Source of the DNA: Magnetococcales bacterium
GTDB lineage: Bacteria; Pseudomonadota; Magnetococcia; Magnetococcales; DC0425bin3
Assembly: GCA_015231175.1 (NCBI GenBank)
Contig: JADGBZ010000007.1
Coordinates: forward strand, 1,846 to 65,845
Direction of reading: 5' to 3'
Length of the DNA stretch: 64,000 nt
This document shows, one piece after another, positions 17,441-26,686 of this stretch. The notes under the pieces were generated by a model. It saw only the letters and a list, made by a program, of their open reading frames with translations. It searched no databases and had not been told where the DNA came from. A program made the position numbers and the translations under genes. Each line of letters starts with the position of its first letter. Position 1 is the first letter of the stretch.

Positions 17441-20302
17441 ATGGATACTGACCTGGATCTTGATATTTTTCGGCAAATTCTTGAAAAGAGCTCCTATGGT
17501 ATCATTGTTCTTGATCAGGTCTCCAAAGTTGTATTCTGGAATCGCTGGATGGAAAAAGCGTCACGCATTCCCGCCGCTGGTGTTGTCGGGCAGGTATTTA
17601 CAGACGTTTTTCCAGATTTGCTCGGTACCCGTATTGCGCGTGGCATTGAAAACGCCCTCTCCCAGGGATTGCCCACCACCCTCTCCCACAAGTTGACCCA
17701 TCGGCCCTTTCCTCTCTTTCCTCCTGCTGCCGGGCGGGAAGCGGACGAACGCATGAGCCAACACGTTCTGATCAGTGGCATACGCGCCCGGGACCGGACT
17801 TTTTATTGTACCATCCAGATCCAGGACATTACCGACACCGTCTCCCGTGAACACATATTGCGTGAACAGACCGGGGAGTTGCGTTTGGCCAAGGAGATGG
17901 CACAGAGTGCCAGCCAAGCAAAGGGGGACTTTCTGGCCAATATGAGTCATGAGATTCGCACCCCGATGAACGCCATCATTGGCATGACGCACCTGGCCAT
18001 GCAAACCGATCTGAATCCCAGGCAACTCGATTACCTGACCAAGATTCAATACTCCTCCCAGTCCCTGCTTGGCATCATCAACGATATTCTCGATTTTTCC
18101 AAAATCGAGGCGGGCAAACTGAAGATGGAGTCCGTCGCTTTCCACCTGGATGAGGTTTTGCACAACGTCTCCAACCTGATGACGATCAAAACCGATGAAC
18201 AGGGGCTGGAATTTTGTTTCCACGTTGCCAAGGATCTTCCTCTGGGTCTGGTGGGCGATCCGCTGCGCCTGGGGCAGGTTTTGGTCAATTTGACCAGCAA
18301 TGCCGTCAAGTTTACCCGTGCGGGAGAGATCATTCTGTCCGTCGAATTGGAGGCGTTGACCGAGGAGACGGTGACGATTCATTTCAGTGTCAAGGACAGC
18401 GGCATTGGCATGACTCCAGAACAGATCGCCGGGTTGTTCCGACCCTTTACCCAGGCTGACAGCTCAACGACCCGAAAATTTGGCGGTACGGGTCTTGGTC
18501 TTTCCATCTGCCGGCGCTTGGTTCAGATGATGGGAGGAAACATCTGGGTCGAGAGTCAATCTGGGCTTGGCAGCACCTTCCATTTCAACGCAACGTTTGG
18601 ACGCGCCAACAAGGATCGCCGCCGGTTTCGTTTGCCCGACGATCGATATGTGGGTTTGCGCGTTTTATTGGCGGATGACAATGCTGCGTCGCGCGAAATT
18701 CTGCAACATGCCTTGGAGTCTTTTTCCTTCAAGGTTACCCCTGTGGCTTCTGGTGCCGAGGCCATTGCCGAGTTGGAAAAAGCCCGACATGCCCGGCCCT
18801 TTGACATGGTGTTCGTGGATTGGAAAATGCCGGAGATGGATGGCATTCGCACCACGGAGGAGATCTCCAGACTTTTTCCCACCCAACGCATGCCCAAGGT
18901 GATCATGGTGACCGCCTACGGTCGGGAGGAGGTGCTGCATGCTGCCAAAAGTGTCCATCTCAATTCAATTTTGATCAAACCCGTCAGCCTCTCCCTGTTG
19001 TTCGACACCATTCTGGCCGCTTTGGGGGAAAATGAGCGTGCCATCACCAACCCGCTCCAGACGAGCAGAAATGAGTTGGTACCCCTCCAGTTGTCACCCC
19101 TCCAGCAGAAGATGCACCCCTTGCAGGGCGCCAAAATATTGCTGGTTGAGGATAACGAGATCAATCAGCAGGTGGCGGGGGAACTTCTCGACATGGTGGG
19201 GTTGCAGGTGCGTATCGCCTCCAACGGGCGGCAAAGCCTCATCGCCCTGGCAGAGGAGTCGTTTGATGCCGTGCTGATGGATATTCAAATGCCGGAGATG
19301 GATGGTTATGAAGCCACCCGCAAAATTCGGGAAAATCCAGCCTGGACAACTCTGCCCATCATCGCCATGACGGCCAATGCCCTGGCCGGGGATCGGGAAA
19401 AATGCCTGGCCGTGGGTATGAATGAACATATCGCCAAACCCATTGATCCCCGTGTTCTTTACAGTACCCTTACCCGTTGGATCAAGCCTCCGTTGCCAAC
19501 CGTTGAGCAACCGGTGGTGGCGCAGGCGCCGCGACCTGAACGAACCCAACCGGAACCTGTTGATCACCTGGTATCGCAAGCGACTGAATATAAAGGCATG
19601 GAACCGGATGTCACCCTTCAAGCAACTGAATATAAAAATATGGAGCCGGATGTCACTCTTTTGCCGGAATCCATTCCCGGTTTTGATCTTTCTGTTGGGC
19701 TGAAATATGTGGGTGGCAACAAGAAACTTTACCGGAAACTATTGCTGGATTTTCGGCGCACCCAATGGGATGCAGCCGAGAAGGTTCATCAGGGCATGAC
19801 ATCGGGAGAGATCCATGAGACGCAGCGCCGGGTCCACACCATCAAAGGTATTGCCGGCACACTGGGGGCTTTGGAGTTGCAGGATGTGGCAAAACATTTG
19901 GAAGTTTCCCTGAAGAACCATGACCGCGAACAATCCGCATCCTTGCTCAAGCCTTTCCAAAGTTCCTTGCAAGGTGTCATGCACGCTCTTGCCGTTTTGG
20001 ACTCTCAGGAAACTCCCGTCGATCCGCCCCATGTTGTGAAAGGATCCAAGGAAGGCCATCATGATGGGCCTCTTGATCGAAATGCTTTGGAGTCTGTCAC
20101 AACCCTTTGTCAACAATTGGCCGCATGGCTCGATGAGGGTGACGTTCGCGCCAAAAGCACTCTGGAACAACTCAACAAATGCCTTCCCCCGGCCCATAGG
20201 CAGGTGGTCGGCCTGGTGGCTGAAAAAATGGGCGATTATGATTTTGACGGTGCCAGGGACGCCTTGGTGCAATGGGCCTCATTCATGAAAATATCCCTCT
20301 GA
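17441..20302 (+). CDS. hybrid sensor histidine kinase (PAS-HisKA-HATPase-REC-REC-HPt)
   Basis: 953 aa. H-box [15 protein letters not shown]. ATPase boxes DSGIGM and GGTGLGLSI. Two receivers ([21 protein letters not shown]). C-terminal HPt [11 protein letters not shown]. Confidence 0.9.
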   Translation: MDTDLDLDIFRQILEKSSYGIIVLDQVSKVVFWNRWMEKASRIPAAGVVGQVFTDVFPDLLGTRIARGIENALSQGLPTTLSHKLTHRPFPLFPPAAGREADERMSQHVLISGIRARDRTFYCTIQIQDITDTVSREHILREQTGELRLAKEMAQSASQAKGDFLANMSHEIRTPMNAIIGMTHLAMQTDLNPRQLDYLTKIQYSSQSLLGIINDILDFSKIEAGKLKMESVAFHLDEVLHNVSNLMTIKTDEQGLEFCFHVAKDLPLGLVGDPLRLGQVLVNLTSNAVKFTRAGEIILSVELEALTEETVTIHFSVKDSGIGMTPEQIAGLFRPFTQADSSTTRKFGGTGLGLSICRRLVQMMGGNIWVESQSGLGSTFHFNATFGRANKDRRRFRLPDDRYVGLRVLLADDNAASREILQHALESFSFKVTPVASGAEAIAELEKARHARPFDMVFVDWKMPEMDGIRTTEEISRLFPTQRMPKVIMVTAYGREEVLHAAKSVHLNSILIKPVSLSLLFDTILAALGENERAITNPLQTSRNELVPLQLSPLQQKMHPLQGAKILLVEDNEINQQVAGELLDMVGLQVRIASNGRQSLIALAEESFDAVLMDIQMPEMDGYEATRKIRENPAWTTLPIIAMTANALAGDREKCLAVGMNEHIAKPIDPRVLYSTLTRWIKPPLPTVEQPVVAQAPRPERTQPEPVDHLVSQATEYKGMEPDVTLQATEYKNMEPDVTLLPESIPGFDLSVGLKYVGGNKKLYRKLLLDFRRTQWDAAEKVHQGMTSGEIHETQRRVHTIKGIAGTLGALELQDVAKHLEVSLKNHDREQSASLLKPFQSSLQGVMHALAVLDSQETPVDPPHVVKGSKEGHHDGPLDRNALESVTTLCQQLAAWLDEGDVRAKSTLEQLNKCLPPAHRQVVGLVAEKMGDYDFDGARDALVQWASFMKISL
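19577..19660 (+). repeat. in-frame 42-bp tandem duplication (2 x 14 aa) in the REC2-HPt linker of the hybrid kinase
   Basis: [14 protein letters not shown] / [14 protein letters not shown]. 6 nt differences, three of them synonymous. Confidence 0.85.
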
Positions 20303-20351
20303 ATTGGATGGAATTCATGCATGTTTCTTTTCAGAAGCAGGGGAACTGTCT

Positions 20352-21275
20352 ATGAGTGAAAAACCCGTCATTCTGGTCGTTGACGATGAGAGCTTCAATA
20401 TTGATGTGTTGTTGAACCTCCTGGGGCAGGAATATACGATAACAATTGCCAAGAATGGCGAACAGGCACTCAAGAGGCTGACAGGCAAAACCATGCCGGA
20501 CCTGGTTCTTCTTGATATCATGATGCCGGGCATGGATGGTTACGAGGTGTGCCGGTGCATCAAGGAGGGGTTTCGCACCCGGCATGTGCCGGTCATTTTC
20601 ATCACCGCCTTGAGTGATGTCAGCGAAGAGACCGCAGGGTTCCAGGCCGGGGCTGTGGACTATATTACCAAGCCGTTTTGTCCAGCCGTGGTGACGGCCC
20701 GGGTGCGTACACACATCGAGTTGAAACGAAGCCGCGATCTCCTGGAAATCCTGGCCAAGGAAGATGGTTTGACCGGTATTGCCAATCGCAGGCGGTTCAA
20801 TGAGTTTCTTGAATTTGAATGGAGCCGGGCACAACGTAAACAGACATCCATCTCCCTGACCCTGATGGATGTCGATTTTTTTAAATTGTTCAACGATCAT
20901 TATGGCCATGCTGTTGGGGATGCCTGCCTGCGGCAGGTGGGGCATGCCCTGCGGCGCTCCATGCATCGGACGGTGGACTTGGTGGCGCGTTATGGCGGAG
21001 AAGAGTTTTGCTGTGTTTTGCCCGATACGGAAAGTCCGGGCGCCATGGGCGTGGCCAATCGACTGTTATGTGCCGTTCACGAACTGGCCATCCCGCACCA
21101 TCACTCCAAGGTCGCTGACCACGTCACCATGAGTCTGGGCGTTGCTTCGCTCGTTCCAGCGGCAGGCCAAGGTTCGGAAATACTCATTCATATGGCCGAT
21201 CAGGCGCTTTACAAGGCGAAAAATGGGGGAAGAAACCGGGTTGAGCTGGCGCGAACGGAAGATGCAGCTGACTAG
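20352..21275 (+). CDS. response regulator-diguanylate cyclase (REC-GGDEF)
   Basis: ORF track 20304..21275 trimmed to ATG 20352 (MSEKPVILVVDDE, 307 aa). Receiver LLDIMMPGMDG. GGDEF domain with GGEEF and an RTVD I-site 5 residues upstream. Confidence 0.9.
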   Translation: MSEKPVILVVDDESFNIDVLLNLLGQEYTITIAKNGEQALKRLTGKTMPDLVLLDIMMPGMDGYEVCRCIKEGFRTRHVPVIFITALSDVSEETAGFQAGAVDYITKPFCPAVVTARVRTHIELKRSRDLLEILAKEDGLTGIANRRRFNEFLEFEWSRAQRKQTSISLTLMDVDFFKLFNDHYGHAVGDACLRQVGHALRRSMHRTVDLVARYGGEEFCCVLPDTESPGAMGVANRLLCAVHELAIPHHHSKVADHVTMSLGVASLVPAAGQGSEILIHMADQALYKAKNGGRNRVELARTEDAAD

Positions 21276-21302
21276 AATGGCAAGAAGAGGTGTGTTCTGT
21301 CC

Positions 21303-23042
21303 ATGTTTGACGAAGAGACATTAAAAGTCCTGTTGGCGGAATTTCTTGCCGAAAATCGGGAATCCCTGGACCAGATCGAACGCGGCATCCTGGCCCTGGA
21401 AATGGATCCGGAAAACATGGAACTCCTGAACACCGTGTTTCGCCATATGCATACAGTCAAAGGCAATTGCCGGATGATGGAGTTTTCCCGGCTGGAAGAG
21501 TTGACCCATGCTGCGGAAAATCTTCTTGATCTGTTGCGCGAAAGGAAAATCACTGCGCATCAGGGGAATTGCGGTGTTCTCCTTGGTATCCTCGACACTG
21601 TTCGCCATACGTTGGATGGTATTGAAAGGAGCGGCAGTGAGGGCAATCCGGATTTTTCCCGCCCCATTCAAGCCCTGGAACGACTGACCCGGGGAGGTGA
21701 TTCCGGAAGTACCTCTCTCCTGGTTCCGGATTGTGGGCCGGGCGATTCGAGCGAACCCGCCGACTCTGCCTTGCCTTGTCGGGATGCCGAGCCCGAGCGG
21801 GAAAGATCGGGTGGGTCTGGCCTCCAAACCGTTCGGCTCCCCATTGAGAAACTGGATGCCCTGATGAACATGGTGGGGGAGTTGGGGTCTGCATTCAATC
21901 AGTTGCGATATGCCCTGCACCACGGGACAACAGCAGGTGACACGGTATTGGAAGGAATGGAAACCAGGATTCACCAGCTTCAGGACGAAGTTCTCAAATA
22001 CCGTTTGCAACCGATCGATACCATATGGGAACCCTTGCACCGCCTGGTTCGCGACTTGGCCATGGAGACAGGCAAGAAGGCCATCCTCGATATCCAGGGG
22101 GGAGAGACGGAAATGGACAGAAATGTCCTTTTGACTCTCAAGGAGTGCATGGGGCATTTGCTGCGCAACGCGATAGACCATGGCATCGAACCTCCCCATG
22201 AACGGGAAGTGGCGGGCAAGTCGATTTTGGGACATGTCAGGCTGCATGCGGAACAGAGGCATGGCCAAATTTTTATTGAGGTCTCTGACGATGGCCGGGG
22301 TCTTGATGTGGAGAAAATTCGGACCAAAGCCATCGAGTTGGGATTGCTCGATGCAGAGCAGGCCCGACACCACGCCGAGGAAGAGGTGTTCCGCGTCATT
22401 TTTGAACCAGGTTTTTCCACGGTCGGGCAGGTGAGCAAAATATCTGGACGTGGCACAGGCATGGATGTCGTCAAAAATGCCATGACCAGGCTGAACGGGA
22501 CCATTGCCATTTCCAGTCAACTGGGTCGGGGCACGCAGTTTCGTTTCCGGATACCGCAGACCATGGCCATCGTTCCCTCCCTGCTGCTTGGGAGTGGGGA
22601 TGGACAATATGCTGTTCCTCAAGCCAACATTGTCGAGTTGATCTCCTATTTTGGCGCGGACGTACAACGACACGTCGAGAAGAGATTGCACGGTTTCATG
22701 GTCCGGATACGTGATCGTTTGTTTCCCTTGCTTCCTCTTGACCAGATTCTGCATGCTCCTCTCCACGGTAACCACAGCCCACAAACTCCCGCTTTGCAAA
22801 CCCGGAGCGCATGTCATGTCGTTCTTTTGCGTGCCGAGGGAGGGGAGTTTGCCCTGGCTGTCGAGAAGATTGCCGATCCGATTGCCCTGGTGGTCAAGCC
22901 CATGCTGCGCCTGTTTTCCCACCTGACCATTTTATCTGGAACGGCTCTTCTGCCGGATGGTTCGGTGGCGTTTCTGTTGAATGTTGGAGAGTTGTGTCAG
23001 CTTCAGTCACACGTCCCACCCCCTGTCACCAGCCGGGGTTGA
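21303..23042 (+). CDS. cheA: chemotaxis-type histidine kinase CheA (short form)
   Basis: 579 aa. HPt HTVKGNCRMMEF. ATPase motifs HLLRNAIDHG, DDGRGLD, GRGTGMDVV. C-terminal CheW-like domain. Confidence 0.85.
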   Translation: MFDEETLKVLLAEFLAENRESLDQIERGILALEMDPENMELLNTVFRHMHTVKGNCRMMEFSRLEELTHAAENLLDLLRERKITAHQGNCGVLLGILDTVRHTLDGIERSGSEGNPDFSRPIQALERLTRGGDSGSTSLLVPDCGPGDSSEPADSALPCRDAEPERERSGGSGLQTVRLPIEKLDALMNMVGELGSAFNQLRYALHHGTTAGDTVLEGMETRIHQLQDEVLKYRLQPIDTIWEPLHRLVRDLAMETGKKAILDIQGGETEMDRNVLLTLKECMGHLLRNAIDHGIEPPHEREVAGKSILGHVRLHAEQRHGQIFIEVSDDGRGLDVEKIRTKAIELGLLDAEQARHHAEEEVFRVIFEPGFSTVGQVSKISGRGTGMDVVKNAMTRLNGTIAISSQLGRGTQFRFRIPQTMAIVPSLLLGSGDGQYAVPQANIVELISYFGADVQRHVEKRLHGFMVRIRDRLFPLLPLDQILHAPLHGNHSPQTPALQTRSACHVVLLRAEGGEFALAVEKIADPIALVVKPMLRLFSHLTILSGTALLPDGSVAFLLNVGELCQLQSHVPPPVTSRG

Positions 23043-23112
23043 CCCCTTTGCCTGGGTGAAGATCCGGTGGCGTTGAATATCCGAAATATTGTAAGCGGTT
23101 TGATGAGCGACG

Positions 23113-24696
23113 ATGCAAAACCAGCCCAACCTCTTGCTGGCAGAGTGTGACCCATCGTTGACACAGTGGTTTGATGAAACCCTGCGCACCGACGGGTATG
23201 CGGTGACCCATGCTTGTCATGGTGAGCAGGCTTGGTCACTGTTTTGTACCTCTTCTCCGGATTTACTCCTCCTGGGTGCCGGTATTTCCTTTAAGGAGGG
23301 TATGACACTCTGTTCCCGGATCAAGGCGACCGCGCCAAGTCGTTCCATGCCAATCCTTATGATTGTGGATCCCTCTCCGGAGGAGGGGTGGATTGAGCAG
23401 GCGATTCAGGCCGGGGTGACGGATTTTATCGCCAAGCCGGTCCATGGGGCCATTTTGCGCCACCGTTTACGCCAGTTGCTTGGCAGATCCCTGGCCATCG
23501 AGGAGGCGGTACGGCAGGCCAGGGATATGGCAGACGCAACCATGCGTGCCAAAACCGAATTTTTGGCCACCATGAGCCACGAGATCCGTATCCCCATGAA
23601 TGGCATTTTGGGTATGACGGAACTCCTCCAGGGGGGAACATTGCACCAGGAGGAGCGGCAACGGGTCGATTTTATAAGACAATCAGCACTGAATCTTCTG
23701 ACGATCGTCAATGACATGCTGGATTTTACCAGCATGGATGCCGGTAAGTTAACCTTGCAAAACAATCGGTTCGACTTACACAGACTGTTGGGGGATTTGC
23801 AGGCGACTTTCCAGGATTCTGCTCGTCAAAAAGGGTTGGAGTTGGGTGCCCGCCTCGGTCCGAACCTTCCTGCCACGCTGGTCCAGGATGCTGACCGGTT
23901 GCGACAGATTTTAACCAACCTCCTTTCCAATGCGATCAAATTTACACCGCCGGGAGGAAAAGTTGTTTTGGGAGCAGAACCGACGCGCCGGGAGAAGGAG
24001 TCCTTCTGGATCCGGTTCTTGGTGCAGGATACCGGCATTGGTATTCATCCTGACCAATTTTCGAGACTTTTCAAATTGTTCTCTCCGGGAGACGGCCCCA
24101 CGACAAGCAAATTAGGCGGTGCCGGGCTTGGCTTGATGATTACCAAGCGTCTGATCAAACTGATGGGAGGGTATATTCACGTTGACAGTTCCGTCAACAA
24201 GGGCACGCTTTTTACAGTTGATCTGCCCTTCCTGCACCCCGTGTTTTTGGAAGAGCCCGTCGCATGTGCTGCTCAGGGTGAAGGGCACTCCTTTCCACCG
24301 CATGTGCGGCTGTTGCTGGTCGACGATGACTCCGTCAATCGTGTCGTTGTGCGTGGCATTTTGAGACGGCACGGTTTTGCGATCGAAGAAGCCGTGAACG
24401 GCATGGAGGCCCTGGAAAAGCTGGTTTCCCACACCTATGACCTGGTGCTCATGGATTGTCAAATGCCCCACATGGATGGTTATACGGCCTGTCAGATGTT
24501 CAGAGAAAAAGAAAGCGGGCAACAACACAAGCGCCGCACGCCCATCATTGCTCTGACCGCCAACGCCATGCAGGGAGATCGGGAAAAATGCCTGGAAGCC
24601 GGCATGGATGACTATCTGGCAAAACCCATCCGGGGTGAGGATTTGAAAAGGCTGCTCAGTCATTGGCTTTTCGGCAATTCTTGCCGAAATTGTTGA
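23113..24696 (+). CDS. hybrid histidine kinase with N-terminal pseudo-receiver (REC*-HisKA-HATPase-REC)
   Basis: 527 aa. The N-terminal receiver-like fold lacks the acceptor Asp (DLLLLGAGIS) and the acidic pocket (LLLAECDPS) but keeps the conserved Lys (FIAKPV). H-box MSHEIRIPMNGILGM. DTGIGI and GGAGLGLMI. Canonical C-terminal receiver LMDCQMPHMDG. Confidence 0.85.
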   Translation: MQNQPNLLLAECDPSLTQWFDETLRTDGYAVTHACHGEQAWSLFCTSSPDLLLLGAGISFKEGMTLCSRIKATAPSRSMPILMIVDPSPEEGWIEQAIQAGVTDFIAKPVHGAILRHRLRQLLGRSLAIEEAVRQARDMADATMRAKTEFLATMSHEIRIPMNGILGMTELLQGGTLHQEERQRVDFIRQSALNLLTIVNDMLDFTSMDAGKLTLQNNRFDLHRLLGDLQATFQDSARQKGLELGARLGPNLPATLVQDADRLRQILTNLLSNAIKFTPPGGKVVLGAEPTRREKESFWIRFLVQDTGIGIHPDQFSRLFKLFSPGDGPTTSKLGGAGLGLMITKRLIKLMGGYIHVDSSVNKGTLFTVDLPFLHPVFLEEPVACAAQGEGHSFPPHVRLLLVDDDSVNRVVVRGILRRHGFAIEEAVNGMEALEKLVSHTYDLVLMDCQMPHMDGYTACQMFREKESGQQHKRRTPIIALTANAMQGDREKCLEAGMDDYLAKPIRGEDLKRLLSHWLFGNSCRNC

Positions 24697-26509
24697 TTAA
24701 AAGCAACGTGTCGGGGTCTGGGGGGCCGGCTCCGTCAAAAACCAATTCAAGCATGGTCAGGTCATCCGTCTGTGGGCCGTTTCTGTGCCGTTTTATTTTT
24801 TCCATGACTCCCTGAAAGGGTTGGTCTTCCAGAAGGAGTTCGCCCAGGGCCTGTTGCAGGTTGGCGCTGCCGAACATCTCGCCCTGGGCGTCTTGTGCCT
24901 CGCAGAACCCATCAGAAAAAGCATAGACCCTATCCATCGTATTTGTTGTGGTGCTCTGCTCAATCTTGGCCAGTTCATGTTCGGCGAGAATACCCAGAGG
25001 AAGATGGTTGGAAGGGTAGGAACGGTAGAACTCTTTCTGGTGGAAATGCAATATCTCGGGAATGCCACAGTTCCAGATCAGGAGGCGCCCTTGATTTGGA
25101 TCATGGGCCAGGAAAGCGGCAGCCAGGTACAACTGCCTGGGTAGTTTAAGGTGCAACTTGGCGTTGATCTCATTCAGAATGGCAGGTGGAGCGAAATTTT
25201 TTCGGGTCATGGTGTAAAAAATATCCGCGACCATGGGCCCTCCCAGGGCTGAGGGGAGGCCATGGCCTGTAAAGTCCCCCAGAAGGTAGTGTCGTGTTCC
25301 ATCTGGACGGGCGGCATACAGCAAAAAATCCCCGGCAATCCTCTCCAGGGGGACGGACAAAAGCGTTGCACCCGCATGGCTCATTTTGACGGACCGGTTG
25401 ATTTTTTCCAGCGTATGTTCGACGATTTCCCGTTCATAGGCCAGCTTGTCGCGCTGGTCGCGAACGACTTCCAGAATTTGGACCACTTTTTCCCGACTTT
25501 CCGTCAATGCGAGCATGGCCCGGCGGTTGCGCCGATAAAAATCAGTCATGAATCCAAGCATGAACAGGATTGCCACGCCAGAGACGCTCATGGTCAAAAG
25601 ACGCTGGGAACGGGCCTCTCCTTCTCGGGTCTTGAGGATTGTATGCAGTTTGTCGTGCAGTTGTCTATGACATACAATATTGTTTTCAATTACATAGGTA
25701 ACTGCCAGAAAAAAATACAGGGGATCTGTCTTGACGGTCTTCTCGGACATCAATGTATTGCTGAAGTCAAGAACAGCCAGTAAGTTGGGCTCCAACTCCC
25801 GGTCAAAGCATCCCGACACCGATTGCAGAAAAGGAACCTCTTCCCGGATAAAGCGATGAATCCCTCTTGTTCTTTCCAGATCGCGGTTGACATGCCCCAT
25901 GACTTCGCCAAACCGAATCTGGTCAGTCGGACCGAACTCCCCGGAAGCAAGTATGATACTCACCACAGCGCGCAGACGGCCCATGGATTCACCCAAATTT
26001 GGGTAGTACCTCAGAAAGATTTCCTTTAAATTATAGACCGTCACGTCCACGTCGGTTGACAGCCGAGAACGAAAAGCCAAATTTCTGATGATATCATTGA
26101 CACGGTTGATCATCTGGGTATGGATATCGAAAAGAAGTTTCGGATCGGATGTGCCATGGTCCGGGCTAAAATCGCGCCGAATGGTCTGTTTCGTATCTTG
26201 AAATTCATCTGGAAGAAGAGGGGTGTTGCTGTCCAGTTTATCTTCGAGTTCTTTCCAGTAATGTTTTAAATTATCGCTTGATTCTTTTGTAGATTCCTGT
26301 AAATTGATTTGAGAAAGACCACGCACTCTCTGCATAACGACGACAATGTTGTATAACTCATTGATGCTCATGAGCCCGGAAATTTCTTCTGTCGCTAAGA
26401 TTATTTTCCGACTCTCTTCAGAGATGATGTGGTGAAGCGTGACGATAACCAAAAGTGTTGGTATAAACAAAGCGGTCAAATACCGAACAAGAGATATTTT
26501 CTGATTCAT
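24656..26509 (-). CDS. membrane sensor PP2C-type (SpoIIE/RsbU-like) serine phosphatase
   Basis: ORF track 24656..26635. ATG 26509 (MNQKISLVRYL...) gives 617 aa. An upstream ATG at 26569 is possible. Two hydrophobic segments flank a ~300-aa region. C-terminal SpoIIE-type motifs GDFTGHGLPSAL, VYAFSDGF, TDDLTMLELVF. The 3' end overlaps the convergent kinase gene by 41 nt. Confidence 0.8.
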   Translation of the reverse strand: MNQKISLVRYLTALFIPTLLVIVTLHHIISEESRKIILATEEISGLMSINELYNIVVVMQRVRGLSQINLQESTKESSDNLKHYWKELEDKLDSNTPLLPDEFQDTKQTIRRDFSPDHGTSDPKLLFDIHTQMINRVNDIIRNLAFRSRLSTDVDVTVYNLKEIFLRYYPNLGESMGRLRAVVSIILASGEFGPTDQIRFGEVMGHVNRDLERTRGIHRFIREEVPFLQSVSGCFDRELEPNLLAVLDFSNTLMSEKTVKTDPLYFFLAVTYVIENNIVCHRQLHDKLHTILKTREGEARSQRLLTMSVSGVAILFMLGFMTDFYRRNRRAMLALTESREKVVQILEVVRDQRDKLAYEREIVEHTLEKINRSVKMSHAGATLLSVPLERIAGDFLLYAARPDGTRHYLLGDFTGHGLPSALGGPMVADIFYTMTRKNFAPPAILNEINAKLHLKLPRQLYLAAAFLAHDPNQGRLLIWNCGIPEILHFHQKEFYRSYPSNHLPLGILAEHELAKIEQSTTTNTMDRVYAFSDGFCEAQDAQGEMFGSANLQQALGELLLEDQPFQGVMEKIKRHRNGPQTDDLTMLELVFDGAGPPDPDTLLLINNFGKNCRKAND

Positions 26510-26591
26510 TTCTATCTTTATTTTCTGTGCCCGACGTGCTCGAAAAGGTATCCCTGCACCGCCCCCCATTACAGAACCCTGTACACCCACT

Positions 26592-26604
26592 CCCCCCCCC
26601 CCCC
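26592..26604. repeat. C13 (G13 on minus strand) homopolymer in a divergent intergenic region
   Basis: Direct count: 13 consecutive C at 26592-26604, between the phosphatase gene (minus) and the HAMP-REC-HPt gene (plus). Confidence 0.95.
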
Positions 26605-26686
26605 GGACTATATTTTTTCCTGAATTCACTGTCAACGAACTGAGTGTCCAGTCAACTCCTGACCCGTAAGATGGATCGGAATCATC

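Noticed and set aside
21321-22922. 533-aa ORF on the minus strand
   Set aside because: Antisense shadow of cheA, which has HPt, ATPase and CheW-like motifs on the plus strand. No recognisable motifs of its own.
24656-24696. 41-nt overlap of the convergent hybrid-kinase and SpoIIE-phosphatase genes as a possible frameshift or pseudogene sign
   Set aside because: Both proteins have complete terminal domains before the overlap. The overlap involves only ~13 tail codons of each and is compatible with normal convergent genes.
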